28,150 bases of DNA, from positions 110,150 to 138,299 of the forward strand of contig JBBAUX010000003.1 of assembly GCA_040398005.1 (NCBI GenBank), in the 5' to 3' direction. The notes below the pieces were generated by a model that saw only the letters and a list, made by a program, of their open reading frames with translations, had not been told where the DNA came from and ran no database searches. The position numbers were made by a program, and so were the translations under genes. Source of the stretch: Opitutales bacterium (GTDB lineage: Bacteria > Verrucomicrobiota > Verrucomicrobiia > Opitutales > UBA953). The first letter of the stretch is position 1, and each line of letters starts with the position of its first letter. This document shows positions 27,615 to 28,150 of this stretch, piece by piece.

Positions 27615-28150
27615 ATGAGTCAGGATTCCTTAAAGTTAATGATAGGACTACCCAAAGGTAGCCTCGAGGAGGCCACCCTACTACTTTTTGGTCGGGCCGG
27701 CTTTCCGGTGTCCAAAAGTAATCGTTCCTATCGCCCTTCTTTCGATGACAACACTTTGGACGGACGTTTCATCCGCGCCCAAGAAGTGGCCCGCTATGTT
27801 GAACATGGCTTCTTTGATTGCGGTTTAACCGGACAAGACTGGGTCCAAGAAAACACGGCGGATGTGGTGGAGGTTTGCGAACTGATCTACAGCCGCGCCT
27901 CTGCTCAGAAATCTCGCTGGGTGCTTTGTGTTCCGGAATCCTCCCCTATTAAAAAAGTTCAAGATTTAGAAGGTAAGACCGTCGCCACTGAACTCGTCGA
28001 AACAACTCGTCGCTGGTTTAAAAAACAGGGCGTTAATTGCGCAGTGGAATTTTCCTGGGGTGCCACCGAAGTAAAAGTTCCTGAGCTGGCTGATGCGATT
28101 GTCGACATCACAGAAACGGGTTCTTCGCTCATCGCTAATAAATTAAGAAT
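27615..28150 (+). CDS. hisG: ATP phosphoribosyltransferase (5' part, runs off the window)
   Basis: Not in the ORF track; translated by hand: [30 protein letters not shown]...[24 protein letters not shown]...VATE...[31 protein letters not shown]. Confidence 0.95.
   Translation, partial: MSQDSLKLMIGLPKGSLEEATLLLFGRAGFPVSKSNRSYRPSFDDNTLDGRFIRAQEVARYVEHGFFDCGLTGQDWVQENTADVVEVCELIYSRASAQKSRWVLCVPESSPIKKVQDLEGKTVATELVETTRRWFKKQGVNCAVEFSWGATEVKVPELADAIVDITETGSSLIANKLR

Noticed and set aside
27607..27617. Minimal uORF ATG-CCC-TAA overlapping the hisG ATG as an attenuator
   Set aside because: No His codons or terminator/antiterminator, and too short to distinguish from chance
1..28150. CRISPR array, IS element, or frameshifted/recoded genes
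   Set aside because: No regularly spaced repeats or transposase motifs seen; recognised genes look full length in the standard code, and hisG is cut only by the window edge

Overview
Densely packed bacterial chromosome segment of mostly core genes. The gene set and protein styles suggest Verrucomicrobiota (Opitutales-like); this is inference. Left to right: tRNA-Ser(CGA); a minus-strand envelope cluster (LpoB-like lipoprotein, COG3014-like lipoprotein, PEGA lipoprotein, Ax21-like beta-barrel); a type II secretion system split into two convergent operons (putative gspC-GHIJKLM on +, gspDEF on -); a Trp-rich hypothetical; rmuC; slyD; an OsmC-family gene; a ferredoxin; purM; tRNA-Pro(TGG); a LysM-NUDIX-PfkB operon; a minus-strand run (hypothetical-grpE-dnaJ-nadC-birA-coaX-small membrane protein); a lipoprotein; and the 5' part of hisG. 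I found no CRISPR array, transposase or integrase, and I cannot support a clearly novel system. The best leads are the 8-bp tandem repeats at the tRNA-Ser 3' end, the convergent T2SS layout with an atypical GspC candidate, the hypothetical with two RMF-like repeats, a CoaX lacking a normally conserved Asp, and a bipartite upstream motif shared by tRNA-Ser and hisG.
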